Shown piece after piece: positions 52,495-63,654 of a stretch of 64,000 nucleotides of DNA; within the stretch, counting starts at the first letter, position 1, and the number at the start of each line of letters is the position of its first letter. The notes below the pieces were generated by a model. That model was not told the origin of the DNA. It saw nothing but the letters and a program-made list of their open reading frames with translations, and ran no database searches. The position numbers were made by a program, and so were the translations under genes. Origin of the DNA: Tubulanus polymorphus (taxonomy: Eukaryota > Animalia > Nemertea). The stretch spans positions 19,006,150 through 19,070,149 of the forward strand of contig NC_134026.1 in NCBI RefSeq assembly GCF_964204645.1. The letters run 5' to 3'.

Positions 52495-53155
52495 ATGAAG
52501 AAAGAAGAAGAAGAACCTAACTTTAAAATCGAAATCAATGAAACCAATAAATCATTTTCACAGTTTAACATTAAAAACATAACATTTAATATTTAACATT
52601 TCAGCAACAAATTTAGTGTCCGCAAGACATTATAAAATCGATAACATAACTATGATTAATCAAATATTATCAAATGAAACATATTTGATTACTGAACTAG
52701 TAGATACTTTTGATAATGGCGTTAAAAATCCTAAATTGTTCAATACAGTTTTTAATTTTAAAGGAATTTTAGATGAGAACATAATAAATATTCTTAAAAC
52801 TCCTTTTAATAAAAGAGATAGCGATATAATACTTTCAAAAGATTACAATGATTTGATTAACTTAAGAATTGAAAAAAGACAATTATATTATTTCAATTTT
52901 GATAATAAACAAATTATCTATAATGAAAATTCATCAAATATTGGTATTCAATGTGAATCAGTTAATAATAATTCTTATAAAAATTTTGCAATTCAATGTG
53001 ATTTAGAAAATGAATTCAAAAGATTTAATCCTAATAAAAAATGCATTGTTATTGCGGAGGTAAATATTCAAAATCACATAAATCAAAGCATTATGAAACA
53101 ATTAAACATAAAAACTGGCGTAAAGAGTAACAATTCTACATTAAAAATAAATTAA
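52495..53155 (+). pseudogene. Orphan Asn/Ile/Lys-rich ORF (~220 aa if one frameshift near 52590 is repaired) carried by the TIR element
   Basis: An ATG at 52495 (MKKEEEEPNFKIEINET...) is 1 nt out of frame with the 179-codon open frame 52616-53155. A stop-free run this long is unlikely in such AT-rich DNA. No motif recognised. Confidence 0.5.
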
Positions 53156-53205
53156 ATAGTCAAATAATTATTGAATTGAGTTAAATGATTTAGATATCTA
53201 ATAGA

Positions 53206-54358
53206 CTGTTAAAATGATAAATTGTTTGACAGTTGAAATGATAAATTGCTTGACAGTTGAAATGATAAATTGTTTGACAGTTGAAATGATAAATTGTTTG
53301 ACAGTTGAAATGATAAATTGTTTGACAGTTGAAATGATAAATTGTTTGACAGTTGAAATGATAAATTGTTTGACAGTTGAAATGATAAATTGTTTGACAG
53401 TTGAAATGATAAATTGTTTGACAGTTGAAATGATAAATTGTTTGACAGTTGAAGTGATCAATTGTTTGACAGTTGAAATGATCAATTGTTTGACAGTTGA
53501 AATGATCAATTGTTTGACAGTTGAAATGATAAATTGTTTGACAGTTGAAATGATAAATTGTTTGACAGTTGAAATGATAAATTGTTTGACAGTTGAAATG
53601 ATAAATTGTTTGACAGTTGAAATGATAAATTGTTTGACAGTTGAAATGATAAATTGTTTGACAGTTGAAATGATAAATTGTTTGACAGTTGAAATGATCA
53701 ATTGTTTGACAGTTGAAATGATCAATTGTTTGACAGTTGAAATGATAAATTGTTTGACAGTTGAAATGATAAATTGTTTGACAGTTGAAATGATAAATTG
53801 TTTGACAGTTGAAATGATAAATTGTTTAACAGTTGAAATGATAAATTGTTTGACAGTTGAAATGATAAATTGTTTGACAGTTGAAATGATAAATTGTTTG
53901 ACAGTTGAAATGATAAATTGTTTGACAGTTGAAATGATAAATTGTTTGACAGTTGAAGTGATAAATTGTTTGACAGTTGAAATGATCAATTGTTTGACAG
54001 TTGAAATGATCAATTGTTTGACAGTTGAAATGATCAATTGTTTGACAGTTGAAATGATAAATTGTTTGACAGTTGAAATGATAAATTGTTTGACAGTTGA
54101 AATAATAAATTGTTTGACAGTTGAAATGATCAATTGTTTGACAGTTGAAATGATCAATTGTTTGACAGTTGAAATGATCAATTGTTTGACAGTTGAAATG
54201 ATCAATTGTTTGACAGTTGAAATGATCAATTGTTTGACAGTTGAAATGATCAATTGTTTGACAGTTGAAATGATCAATTGTTTGACAGTTGAAATGATCA
54301 ATTGTTTGACAGTTGAAATGATCAATTGTTTGACAGTTGAAATGATCAATTGTTTTAC
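53206..54358. repeat. 24-bp minisatellite TGTTTGACAGTTGAAATGAT(A/C)AAT, ~48 copies
   Basis: Directly visible. Near-perfect units, with the A/C variant arranged in blocks. Confidence 0.98.
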
Positions 54359-55786
54359 AAATATAAATATTGAAATATGTTTAAAATATATCTATATATC
54401 TATTCTATAAGAGCTCGTTAATTACTCGTTACTTTTTTACTAACACTTTTATATTGAATAATCTATCAATTTATATGTTATTCATGTATATTTGATTCAT
54501 GTATATAAATATTTTAAGAGTAATAGGGGTTTAGTTGTTCTTAGTCAAAGGTTGAGCGGTTGAGAAATTTTCCAAATTTGAAAATAACAATAATTTCGGT
54601 TTGAATTAGGAGTGTACGCGACTAATTCAAGCTGAAATTATTGTTATTTTCAAATTTGGAAAATTTCTCGACCGTTCGACATTTGGCTTAGAACAACTAA
54701 ACCCCTATTACTTACGTCCAGTGTGATGTTATTGGAATATGAACCATTCGCCTGCCTAAACGGAACAGTGGCAAGCTCAGCCCTCTAAAGGCGTCCGCGA
54801 ATAACCTGGAAATCAACACACCTTTTCAGATACCGGTTCATTATGCATATGTATCAACTAAATGTATCAATCTTTTCTCTTCGAAAGAACCTGGCAGCAT
54901 AATCGACTTCATTATGACGACATGAGTCCAGCATATATAGTTTATGATTTTTACTTCGAAGGTATAAACTATTTGAGATTATTCAGTATGATCACAGTGT
55001 AATTCAATGTTTTTCTTTTATCGTACATATTCGTTACCTCCCAAATAATTTTATTTTCGGAATTTCGGGTATGGGCAGGGTCTTGACAGTAACTTCGAAA
55101 TACGCTGTCATCGCTTTCGGGAAACAGCCGCATTCCGAATCCCCGAACTTCAACGTACTTGTCACGGAATCCTTGAATGGTGAAATGAGCGGATCTGTGG
55201 AAGCCTCGTTGAGGGCTACAAACCCCATCAATGCGACCAGTAACAAACACTTCATTTTTCTTATCTAGATTTTTTTTAAATAGATGTTTGAACACAAAAA
55301 TCGTCTCGTTTAGGTTTTGACTCTATTTGAATGTAAATGCTTGAAGTAGATCTTCAAGCATTCTCGTCATGCAGATAAACTTACCTCGCACTCGTTTCCG
55401 TGGCGAATTCGGCTCTTTATGTCCCGATAATATCCGCAATACATTTCATACTTGATGGTACTAATTATTGTATCATACCAACAAATTTGCCAAATAGTTA
55501 AATATAATACACTCGACTTGCTCGTAAAAATATCTTCATGTCGAATAAAAACCATATCATGTAACTTGGCTAATCGGCTAATAAACTGTCGGATGTCACG
55601 GGCGTCCGGCCTATATCTATCAATTTTGTAATTAGGCTTGGTTGTCGTGGCGTAAATACATCTTCATGTTGAGTAAAAACCATTATCGGGCAATTCGATG
55701 GTATTTTTGTGTAGACGCCGAAAAAAGATGAACACCGAGAATAAACAAATTTATTCATGATACACTTATAACTTGAGCTTACACAT

Positions 55787-56319
55787 CATCCACGCTTGCC
55801 AAGGTTTGATTGCCGCCCGCCGAGCTCACACCAACATTAACCCAGGACCACCTTCGGTTATCTGAGTTAGTCGACTATAGTCGAACTAAAGGAAACCGAA
55901 TGTCCGTTAGTCGGAACTATATTCCGGAAATAGTTCGAAAATCAAGCGCATTCGGTTATTAGTTCCGACCACTAGTCGACTAGATACGAAAACCGAATTT
56001 GGCCCAGGCTGCAAATCCTCATTGGTCTATTTCACCACCCAAGATTTCTTGGGCGGACAGGTTGTCGCTCAGCAGGCACCAGTCTATGTATTAAGCCAAT
56101 CAGATGCGTTGTTCTTCACCGGCAGATTCGCACTATCAGTGAACAGCATCTGATTGGCTAGACGACGTATATACTAGTGGCCGCTGAGTGGCAACCTGTC
56201 CGCCCAAGAAATTTTTTTTTTTTGGGGGGGGGTGTAGTAGACCAATGAAGGGTTGGCGGCCAGGGTTTACGTTGGTGTGAGCTCGGCGGGTGGCAATCAA
56301 ACCCTGGCAAGTGAGGATG
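55787..56319. mobile_element. Foldback/MITE element with 9-bp TSD (Mutator-like), containing a nested ~165-bp palindromic MITE (~55844-56007)
   Basis: Termini CATCC...GGATG. TSD CTTACACAT at 55778-55786 and 56320-56328. Arms cttgcca-ggtttgattgcc-cccgccgagctcacaccaac, and an internal arm pair tttcttgggcggacaggttg / caacctgtccgcccaagaaa. Confidence 0.82.
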
Positions 56320-56968
56320 CTTACACATGGAGCTTGTATAGGATAAGATGCTCAATACGCGAGCGCGTTTTTATCATTGAATGACGCTAATTTTCCTTTT
56401 CGGACGAAATGTTTACATACAACCAAACACTAAGACTGCAATAAACATTTCGTCGTTCTTGTTTGTAATTGAAAATTATCCATAAGAGCAAAAACAGTAA
56501 ACAACTCATTTTCAAATAATCAAATGAATTTATTGCCAAAGATTATCCCTAACAACGACAAAATATGGAATGGGCTATCAGACAAATTACGAATAACAGA
56601 TCACAAGATCTCTATATAATTATATAGGAATTTAACAAACAAACTAATTGGTTACATAATCATTAAGCAAATATATCACAATATTAGAAAAAAAACTGAT
56701 ATGACTTAGAATTCGGGACACAGAGCTGAATTCGCTATCGGTCGGATTCGAGGTAAGTCTGGTAGTTCCACCACAGTTTTCAGGTAAGTTTGAGTTCCAA
56801 TAGAATTTTGAATTTTCAATTGTTTTATTAACCTAGCATCACATATCAACTACGTGTGAGTCATGGGTACATTTTTTTCGGACCCTTTTATAAATAAGGG
56901 TTTACTAATTGCTCGCAGGCAGTTTGACGAATTCTTTTGAATCTTACGAATTCAGATACAACGGAACA

Positions 56969-57168
56969 ATGAAGTGTTTATTGCTGGTTGTTTTTATGGG
57001 GCTCCAAGTGGCCACGGCATCGTACGGTCCGTCGATCATTGATTTCGTGAAAACTACACTGAGGTTCGGGGATTCGGAATTCGGCTGCCTTCCGAAAGCA
57101 ATCACAGCACTGACCGAAGTAAAAAAAGTAGACAATGCCAAAAACCCTGAGATCAAACTCTATGGAAG
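56969..57168 (+). CDS. First coding exon of a divergently oriented paralogue of the secreted (EPDR-like) gene
   Basis: MKCLLLVVFMGLQVATASYGPSIIDFVKTTLRFGDSEFGCLPKAITALTEVKKVDNAKNPEIKLYG, with the same phase-2 donor as the minus-strand copy. The 5'UTR exon and donor are homologous (56713-56758 vs 55378-55427). Downstream exons were not found in the window. Confidence 0.7.
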
Positions 57169-57755
57169 GTAATGAACATTTCATCAATCATTCCTATCGA
57201 TGAAATCTCATGCCCCAATTGTATTTATGCAAATATGTATTGAATTCTACGGAAACTTCCTAGGGACAGATCTGCTTAAAACAAGGTTAATTCCGAGTTT
57301 GTAACTTGGAATAAACTAGTTTACTCATTTAAATGTGATTTTTGGAGGTTTGCCTTGTCTGACCTGCTGACATTTATATTCAAGCCTAGATCCAAATCCT
57401 TCGTGTGGTCACGGCTTGTATACCACGGCCGATTTCTAGTCCTTGACTGATAGGTGTACGGTGCAGCTGTACGTTATTATAACAATGGGAAAAGCTAGGG
57501 CCTATTGATTGGGCTTAATATTTATTTCCTGCTTTAGAATATTGAAATTAAAACCTAACGTTCATTCAAATGTCCAACATCGGTGAAAGTTTAAAAACTG
57601 TATACATGTATTGTTTACAATATAGGTTTTCATGTTCTATGAATATTTTGCAGTTCAAATGGCTTTATGCGGATTTCAATGTCAAACACATGAAATCAAG
57701 TGGTTAAGGGCAGTCAACACCAATGGGCAGTCGGCCCAAGTGTAGAAGTAGTTCT

Positions 57756-59651
57756 AGTACAAATGCTATATTGATATCCCTCCGCGAAAAGGAGTATATA
57801 CGCTACGCTAGATGACTGAATGACTGGTTGACTGGATGACTGGACGACCGGCCGACTGGATGACTGGTTGACTGGTTGACTGGATGACTGGACGACCGGC
57901 CGACTGGACGACCGGCCGACTGGACGACCGGCCGACTGGACGACCGGCCGACTGGACGACCGGCCGACTGGACGACCGGCCGACTGGTCGACTGGATGAC
58001 TGTATGATCGAAAGACTGGTCGACTGGCCGACTGGTCGACTGGATGACTATGATCGGAGGACTGGTCGATTGACCGACTGGTCGACTGGATGACTCGATG
58101 ACTGAATGACCGTGGTGACCGGCCGACTAGATGACTGGGTGATCGGAGGACTGGTCGACTGGTCGAATGAGCAAGTGGGCATAGCCATGGAAAGTTCCAG
58201 ACCTGTTGCGCCTGGAGTTGTTGAATTCGTCCAAATAATAACTGGTAGTTTGGATAAAACGATCAAGTTTCTTCAGGAGAACAATATAATTCGAAGCAGC
58301 TGTCACTGCATTTACTGCTCTTGTGATATGGAACTGAAAGTTAACCTGTCGAATTGGGTTTGCGGAATATGTGCCAGTAAACAATCTGTCCGGAAAGGCT
58401 CATTTTTCTCGAATTCAAATGTCAAACTGCAAAATCTTAACAGGACCTATACTGGAATTAAGGGATATACAAAGGAGCGTGAAAGGCTCAAGGGCTGATC
58501 AAATTAAAGGTGATTATGTTTTGTGAATGGTTGATTGGATTGCTATGTCATCACAGGCTGTAATATTATTTAATATTATTTTCGTTGTTTGGTACTTTCA
58601 GTTGAACTTCAGGCATTAGAGGATTTCGGAGGTGTGGGAGAACTGCGCACAGGCCGGAGGCGCAAACAGGTATTCTACAAGCCGGAGCCGAGCGCACTTT
58701 CCGAAAATAATCATTATCTACATCGCGGAAACGTGACCTTGGACGAATACCGGGCAAAATTTTTAGATCTCACCAAAACGACGCAGCAGCTGCTTGACCA
58801 CTGTTTGGCAAATCACCCTCACAGTGAATTGTTGAACGATCTACAGGCAGATGAGGAATCCGATGAGAAATCGGATGAGGAAAATGCTGAGGAGTCGGAT
58901 AGCGAGTTGACGGGCAGTTGAATTAATGTGAATCGTTTGACTGACAATATATTAATTTACCTTCAATGTACGTTATGTATTAAAACACCTGAAATTAACA
59001 TTATTATGATCACAGTTATCGCAGTTATTGTTATAGATTGTTGTACTCCAGTCGGCCAGTCGTCCAGTCGGCCAGTCATCCAGTCGGCTGGTCGTCCAGT
59101 CGGCCAGTCAACCGGTCGCCCAGTCATCCAGTTGGCCGGTCGTCCAGTCGGCCAGTCATCCAGTCGGCCAGTCATCCAGTCGACCGGTCCTCCAGTCACC
59201 CAGTATACCATGTAAATAATGAAGAACCGAATCACTACCAACCTATCGAATATGTTTCTACACCCTTGCACTATTACTCTGTATTCTACACTTTGGGCCG
59301 AACTCTCTTCGACCGATGTTGCATCATATGATAGAAGATCTGATTCTTTCAACTCAAGCAAAGTGATTCAACACGATCGACATAACACTGGAATTGGTTT
59401 CCAGTGACTAACACAGGGTTCGTAGCGGGCCTTGAAATCCGTGAATAGCCTTGAATTGTCAAAAGGAAAGCATGGTATATAAATCGTATTGGTTTCTTTT
59501 TTCATCCTCCGAGACCCTAAGTAGGTGTCTATTTGAGTCATTGGGGAAAACCGACTACTATGTATATTCATGATGAACCATCAGTCAGTTGTGTGTGATT
59601 GATGCATGTATATAGCGCTTTTCACGGAGATGATGTCAATTGACTTGGACC
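57756..59651 (+). mobile_element. Internally deleted Merlin/IS1595-like DNA transposon with inverted subterminal tandem arrays
   Basis: ORF segment FLQENNIIRSSCHCIYCSCDMEL...WVCGICASKQSVRKGSFFSNS matches the Merlin/ISXO2 N-terminal zinc ribbon; no DDE domain follows. GACTGGA(T/C)GAC-type arrays at 57811-58165 are inverted at 59048-59203. Imperfect TIR ttgatatccctccgcgaaaag..tatatac / gtatata..cttttcacggagatgatgtcaa. Ends approximate. Confidence 0.68.
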
Positions 59652-61016
59652 ATGGATCCCCTCTAAAATCCCGACAAAAACATCTGGTTGATAAAGGTTG
59701 TGTTTTCATCAGGTTCAATTACGAAAAAAAGATTTTTTTCGAGGTATTTCCATCTTAATTTTATTTGCAAAAAGTAAGTTTTCTCCCATCATTTGAATTC
59801 AACCCAATACAGTTTTCACACTTATTTTTTCCGCTATGTTTCCAAGATTCTACGTGAAAAATCTGTACTTCAACTAATTAAAAAGTCATTAGTGTAATCA
59901 TTCGGTCACGGGCTCAAAATTATAATTATCAAATTTCTTCAAGTTGCTGTAGTTGGCTGTGTCGGTAAATATGTTAAAGCTGTTTTGATTGTTTTTGAAT
60001 GGATGAAGCGAAGAGATATTACCGTAAAAATGCTTTTCATGGGTGTAAAAAGCCTTGAATGTGCTCCTCAAACTGCCTTGAATGGCCTTGAATTTTGGTT
60101 GGTCTTGAGGCTATGAACCCTGTACAGTTCATTTCATTTAGTCCGATGAACTTTTTAGCCAATTTGCATTTTATTGTAATTGAAACTGTGGAACTGTTAT
60201 CGAGAGAAAAGTAGGACAGGTGGAAAGAACAATAGTTATGTTTAATTCGCATATTCAAATTTAATTCAAATTCAAATTTATCTTATTACATCATATCTAC
60301 AAAGCATATCATTGGTTCATACAGTAATTGAAATTAGGACAGAACAAATATTATTGTAGAATTTTCAAAAAGGTAATGAATATCTATAACGAAATGAACA
60401 TTACTTTTCTAATAACTAAGAGTGATTGTCCCGTTTATTTGGAAACACACGTAACTAGCCGAATAGGTTAGATATTTACTCACATGTTGCAGGCATAGTT
60501 TAAAATCAAATCATAATCTATTGATTGAATCTTCTACAATATATGTATTTATTCAAATATTTCAATAAAAAGATTAACTCCTTAAATCTATTCCAAATCA
60601 TAATACGTTCTTATCTATAATTTACTCAACCTATAGACTCAGCAGATTCTTAAGATGAGTTCTTTAGAACAGATCCATTTTTAAAGCGTGTTCAGTATCA
60701 TAAAGTTTTAATGCCAAAATGAATGCCTGGTCGAATAAATTCATATTTGTTGATTGTGCGTCCGCATAAGTTCGGTCTCAAAGCTGAATCACAGTGGTTG
60801 CATATTAGGTTCGAATTTGTCAATGCATTTTATTCTATGTATCGGTATTTACATTTTCTACCTTTCCCATCACCCTGAATGGCTTTGCAGAAAACCCGTT
60901 ATCGCTGCTTTGCAGCTATATTTTTGTTCAGAGTTGCCCCAACTATACTGAATTTCGATCTATCTTACATACAACAGCAAAAAATAAATTCTAAGACTTT
61001 GAATTGAAATCACCTG

Positions 61017-61156
61017 GGGGCCGGTTCCATAGTCAAGACTTAAGACAAAAAGTGGCCTTAAACCTTAAGACTGGTCGTAAGTTGTTAGATTGGCTATAGA
61101 ACTAAGTTTGTCTTAGACCGGTCTTAAGTCTAAGCCCTGTCTATGGAACCGCCCCC
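61017..61156. mobile_element. MITE (~140 bp), Harbinger-like termini
   Basis: GGGGCCGGTTCCATAG...CTATGGAACCGCCCC with internal inverted gacttaagac/gtcttaagtc. Confidence 0.75.
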
Positions 61157-61984
61157 GAATCCCAATTTATGTGTATCATGAAAAACCTTCAAATTAAATT
61201 TTCACACTGACTATATCTCATCAGACCCCACTGCTTCCCTGCAGTGTTCCCTGAAATATAACAATACCAAAGAAAATAAAAACGGCAATGCGGTGTGAAG
61301 TTTAATGTCTCATTCAATGATACATTTAAACGTGTAAAGAACACTGTAGTCCGCGATGGCGCAGTTGGTAGAAACTATCTAGTTGAAAAAATTATGGACG
61401 TATGTACGACACGACAATCAGATTTGCATTGTGTCTACTAAGTAATTACTTTCTTTTTCGTTTATCAAAAGCGGAAAACCATCGACGCGAGAAACACTAC
61501 TGCAAACGATTTTCAAACCCGTAGAAGCCATTATTCTTGTTCCGATCCGCCGATGCCCTAATTGCAAACGAGAAATAATGCGTTTACTGTAATGTGGGAT
61601 CATCCTTTATGCTGGGGAACAAAATCCTCATAACACGAAACTTTATAGTGGTTGTACTTTATATGCTAGTTTATTCGACACGTCTTATCGTCTTGGTGTC
61701 CACGAACAGAAGACAGATCCTGTTGCGGCTAAGCATCACGTGACTTCAGATCACGTGATACTTATCCTGAACCCTTCACCCTTGTACTGGGATAAACCCT
61801 TTTGTACATTACATTACCTACCTAGCTAGGAACATACATACGGTTCATCTTACGGTATGGCAGTGCGATTCGTAAATTTCCACGCTGCATTTTGTATGAC
61901 AGAAATCAAGATAGGAAAACGCACACTGTGGTGAAATCTTTGTCCGGTGAAATTGTGCGTCCAATGCCATACCCGTGCGTTGAA

Positions 61985-62198
61985 TTATCCCCCTTGTTTT
62001 TTTAAACACCCTCAACCCGCTAAGCGCCACACAGGGCATTATAAGCGTGTTCGATGTTTCTTTTTTCCCAATGGGAGAGAGACCAGAGAAGAACCTTCGA
62101 CCAAGAAACTCTGTCGCCACCAGGATTTGAACCCATAAACCCTGGATTGACGAGTGACCAGTGACCGGCGGAATTAAACACTCGGTCATCGGCCACTG
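61985..62198 (-). mobile_element. tRNA-derived SINE
   Basis: Minus strand: A-box-like TGGCCGATGACCGAGTG and B-box GGTTCAAATCC, followed by a SINE-like body. Ends approximate. Confidence 0.6.
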
Positions 62199-62547
62199 CA
62201 CCTCTCTGGTCGGTATCCATCTTGAAAATAGCTCCGTCTCTTGGTGATCGTCGGCGTTTGACCACAAACGCATCCTTGTGTTACGGTGACAAACGCATGA
62301 ACCATGTGCTTTAAAAAAAACTAAATGCATCATTGTTCCGATTCAAACATAAACACGTTGTCCGATATAACAGTATTGATGCGTGCGGTAGTCTACTGGG
62401 TTTCTGAGAAATAGTTAAAAACGAACAAAGACATATAATTATTAAACATGTATATACATTCAGCACATCGTACTTCATTATAATAAATAACATTCATAGG
62501 AATTAGTTTGCGTTTTTCATCACATTTACGGTTGACCGCATTTCCGA

Positions 62548-63541
62548 TCACAACAGTCTTTGCATACTACGGTCAAGCTCATGGCGATGCATTGACAACA
62601 AAGAACCCTTTTTCTTTGCGTCTTGTGGTTTTTGGTTCGTATTTTGTGGTAAAACATCTAATTTATCGTCCATTTTTGACGTGTCTCCTTTGATGTTCTG
62701 CTTTCTTTTTTTCGTCATTTGTTTTTCACAAGCCAGGTCAGCCGAACTCGTGGCCGAACGTTCCTCTTCCAGGACTCGTAGGTCCTTCTCATCTGATCTT
62801 CCAATTCTTCTGAAAAGCAACGTAATAATTTGCATTGGAAAAAGTATTTAGTGCAGCGCATTCAATGTATATTTTCTTAAAATGTTTCGACCAGTTCGGG
62901 ATGTATTAACACTTTATTCAAATATTGATTGGTCAATGCTTGTTAGTTCCTCTTGATATATTCAATGCTTGTTAGTTCCTCTTGATATATTCAATGCTTG
63001 TTAGTTCCTCTTGATATATTATTACATTCCGAAAATACGCGTTGACCCTTATCAAATGAAAACGTCTTCGTGCGTTTTGTAAGAGACAAAACATACGAAA
63101 AATCAGGATAAATCAATGTCGGTTCACCTCAACAATGTATTGGTTCGGAGGCGTTTTTGTCGGGGTGCCGTCCCGTTGTTCGGGCTGTAGTCCCAGGAAG
63201 GTGGCGTTGGAGGCCGCACATTTGCGTTCTGTTTCTCCATCTTCAACGCCGCAATCCTGTCATTCATGAGAACTGGTGGCAAAGAAATCGACGCCGCTGG
63301 AAAACAACGAAAGATAATTCAACACATCAAATGTACACATTTTAACTAGCAGAGTATAGCCGAATCGAATGAGATTGAATAAAACTTTAAAATTCATAGA
63401 TTTACTCGCAGGTGGCTTTTTGACGACCTTCAAGGGTCGTAATTCTAGCTGCGTTTCTGGATTGGACCGAGCGGTATACGGCGGCGACATTCTTTCCGGT
63501 ATGTTCATATCATGCGATAAAGCTGTCATTTCTGGATTCCT
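62548..63541 (-). CDS. Three consecutive exons of an uncharacterised gene with low-complexity, Pro/basic-rich product (5' part probably outside the window)
   Basis: Exons 63541-63406, 63296-63128 and 62809-62548 join through GT-AG sites with matching phases (1, 2) into one open frame: RNPEMTALSHD...KKPPATASISLPPVLMNDRIAALK...NTLLRRIGRSDEKDLRVLEEER... Confidence 0.6.
62932..63018. repeat. 29-bp tandem repeat x3 (tcaatgcttgttagttcctcttgatatat)
   Basis: Directly visible, intronic. Confidence 0.9.
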
Positions 63542-63654
63542 CTACAAAATGATGATATAGATTTTTACAGCTGAGTGACGAGTTTCATTGATACATGGAC
63601 ACATAACTTGCATCCAATATCAAATATATCCTATGGTTTAGTCCAACCCATCCT

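Larger units (their letters stand above)
51750..54712. mobile_element. Non-autonomous Polinton/Maverick-like element with hairpin-ended TIRs (2963 bp)
   Basis: Termini AGTAATAGGGG...CCCCTATTACT. TSD TACGTC at 51744-51749 and 54713-54718. TIRs at ~51750-52094 and ~54368-54712. No integrase or polymerase present. Confidence 0.8.
50094..55255 (-). pseudogene. Disrupted 5-exon gene for a secreted protein, possibly ependymin-related (EPDR)
   Basis: Exons: 55255-55038; 54805-54713 + 51743-51726 (split by the TIR element); 51497-51389; 51294-51053; 50672-50484 + 50134-50094 (split by a SINE). Signal peptide MKCLLLVALMGFVALNEA, then GCFPKA...GRLFADAFRGL...LDVFADLKTGVLNFNGKNYEKCKNLKL...VNFTYTECC. Exons 2 and 4 are each 1 nt short of frame. 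The family call rests only on motif spacing. Confidence 0.7.

Noticed and set aside
53198-54410. 383-aa and 398-aa ORFs (IISTVKQF / MINCLTVE repeats), and a possible CRISPR array
   Set aside because: These are by-products of a stop-free 24-bp unit (a multiple of 3). Units are contiguous with no unique spacers, there are no cas genes, and the context is eukaryotic.
57884-59361. TGRPADW / TGRLDDW repeat ORFs
   Set aside because: Translations of the subterminal tandem arrays of the Merlin-like element.
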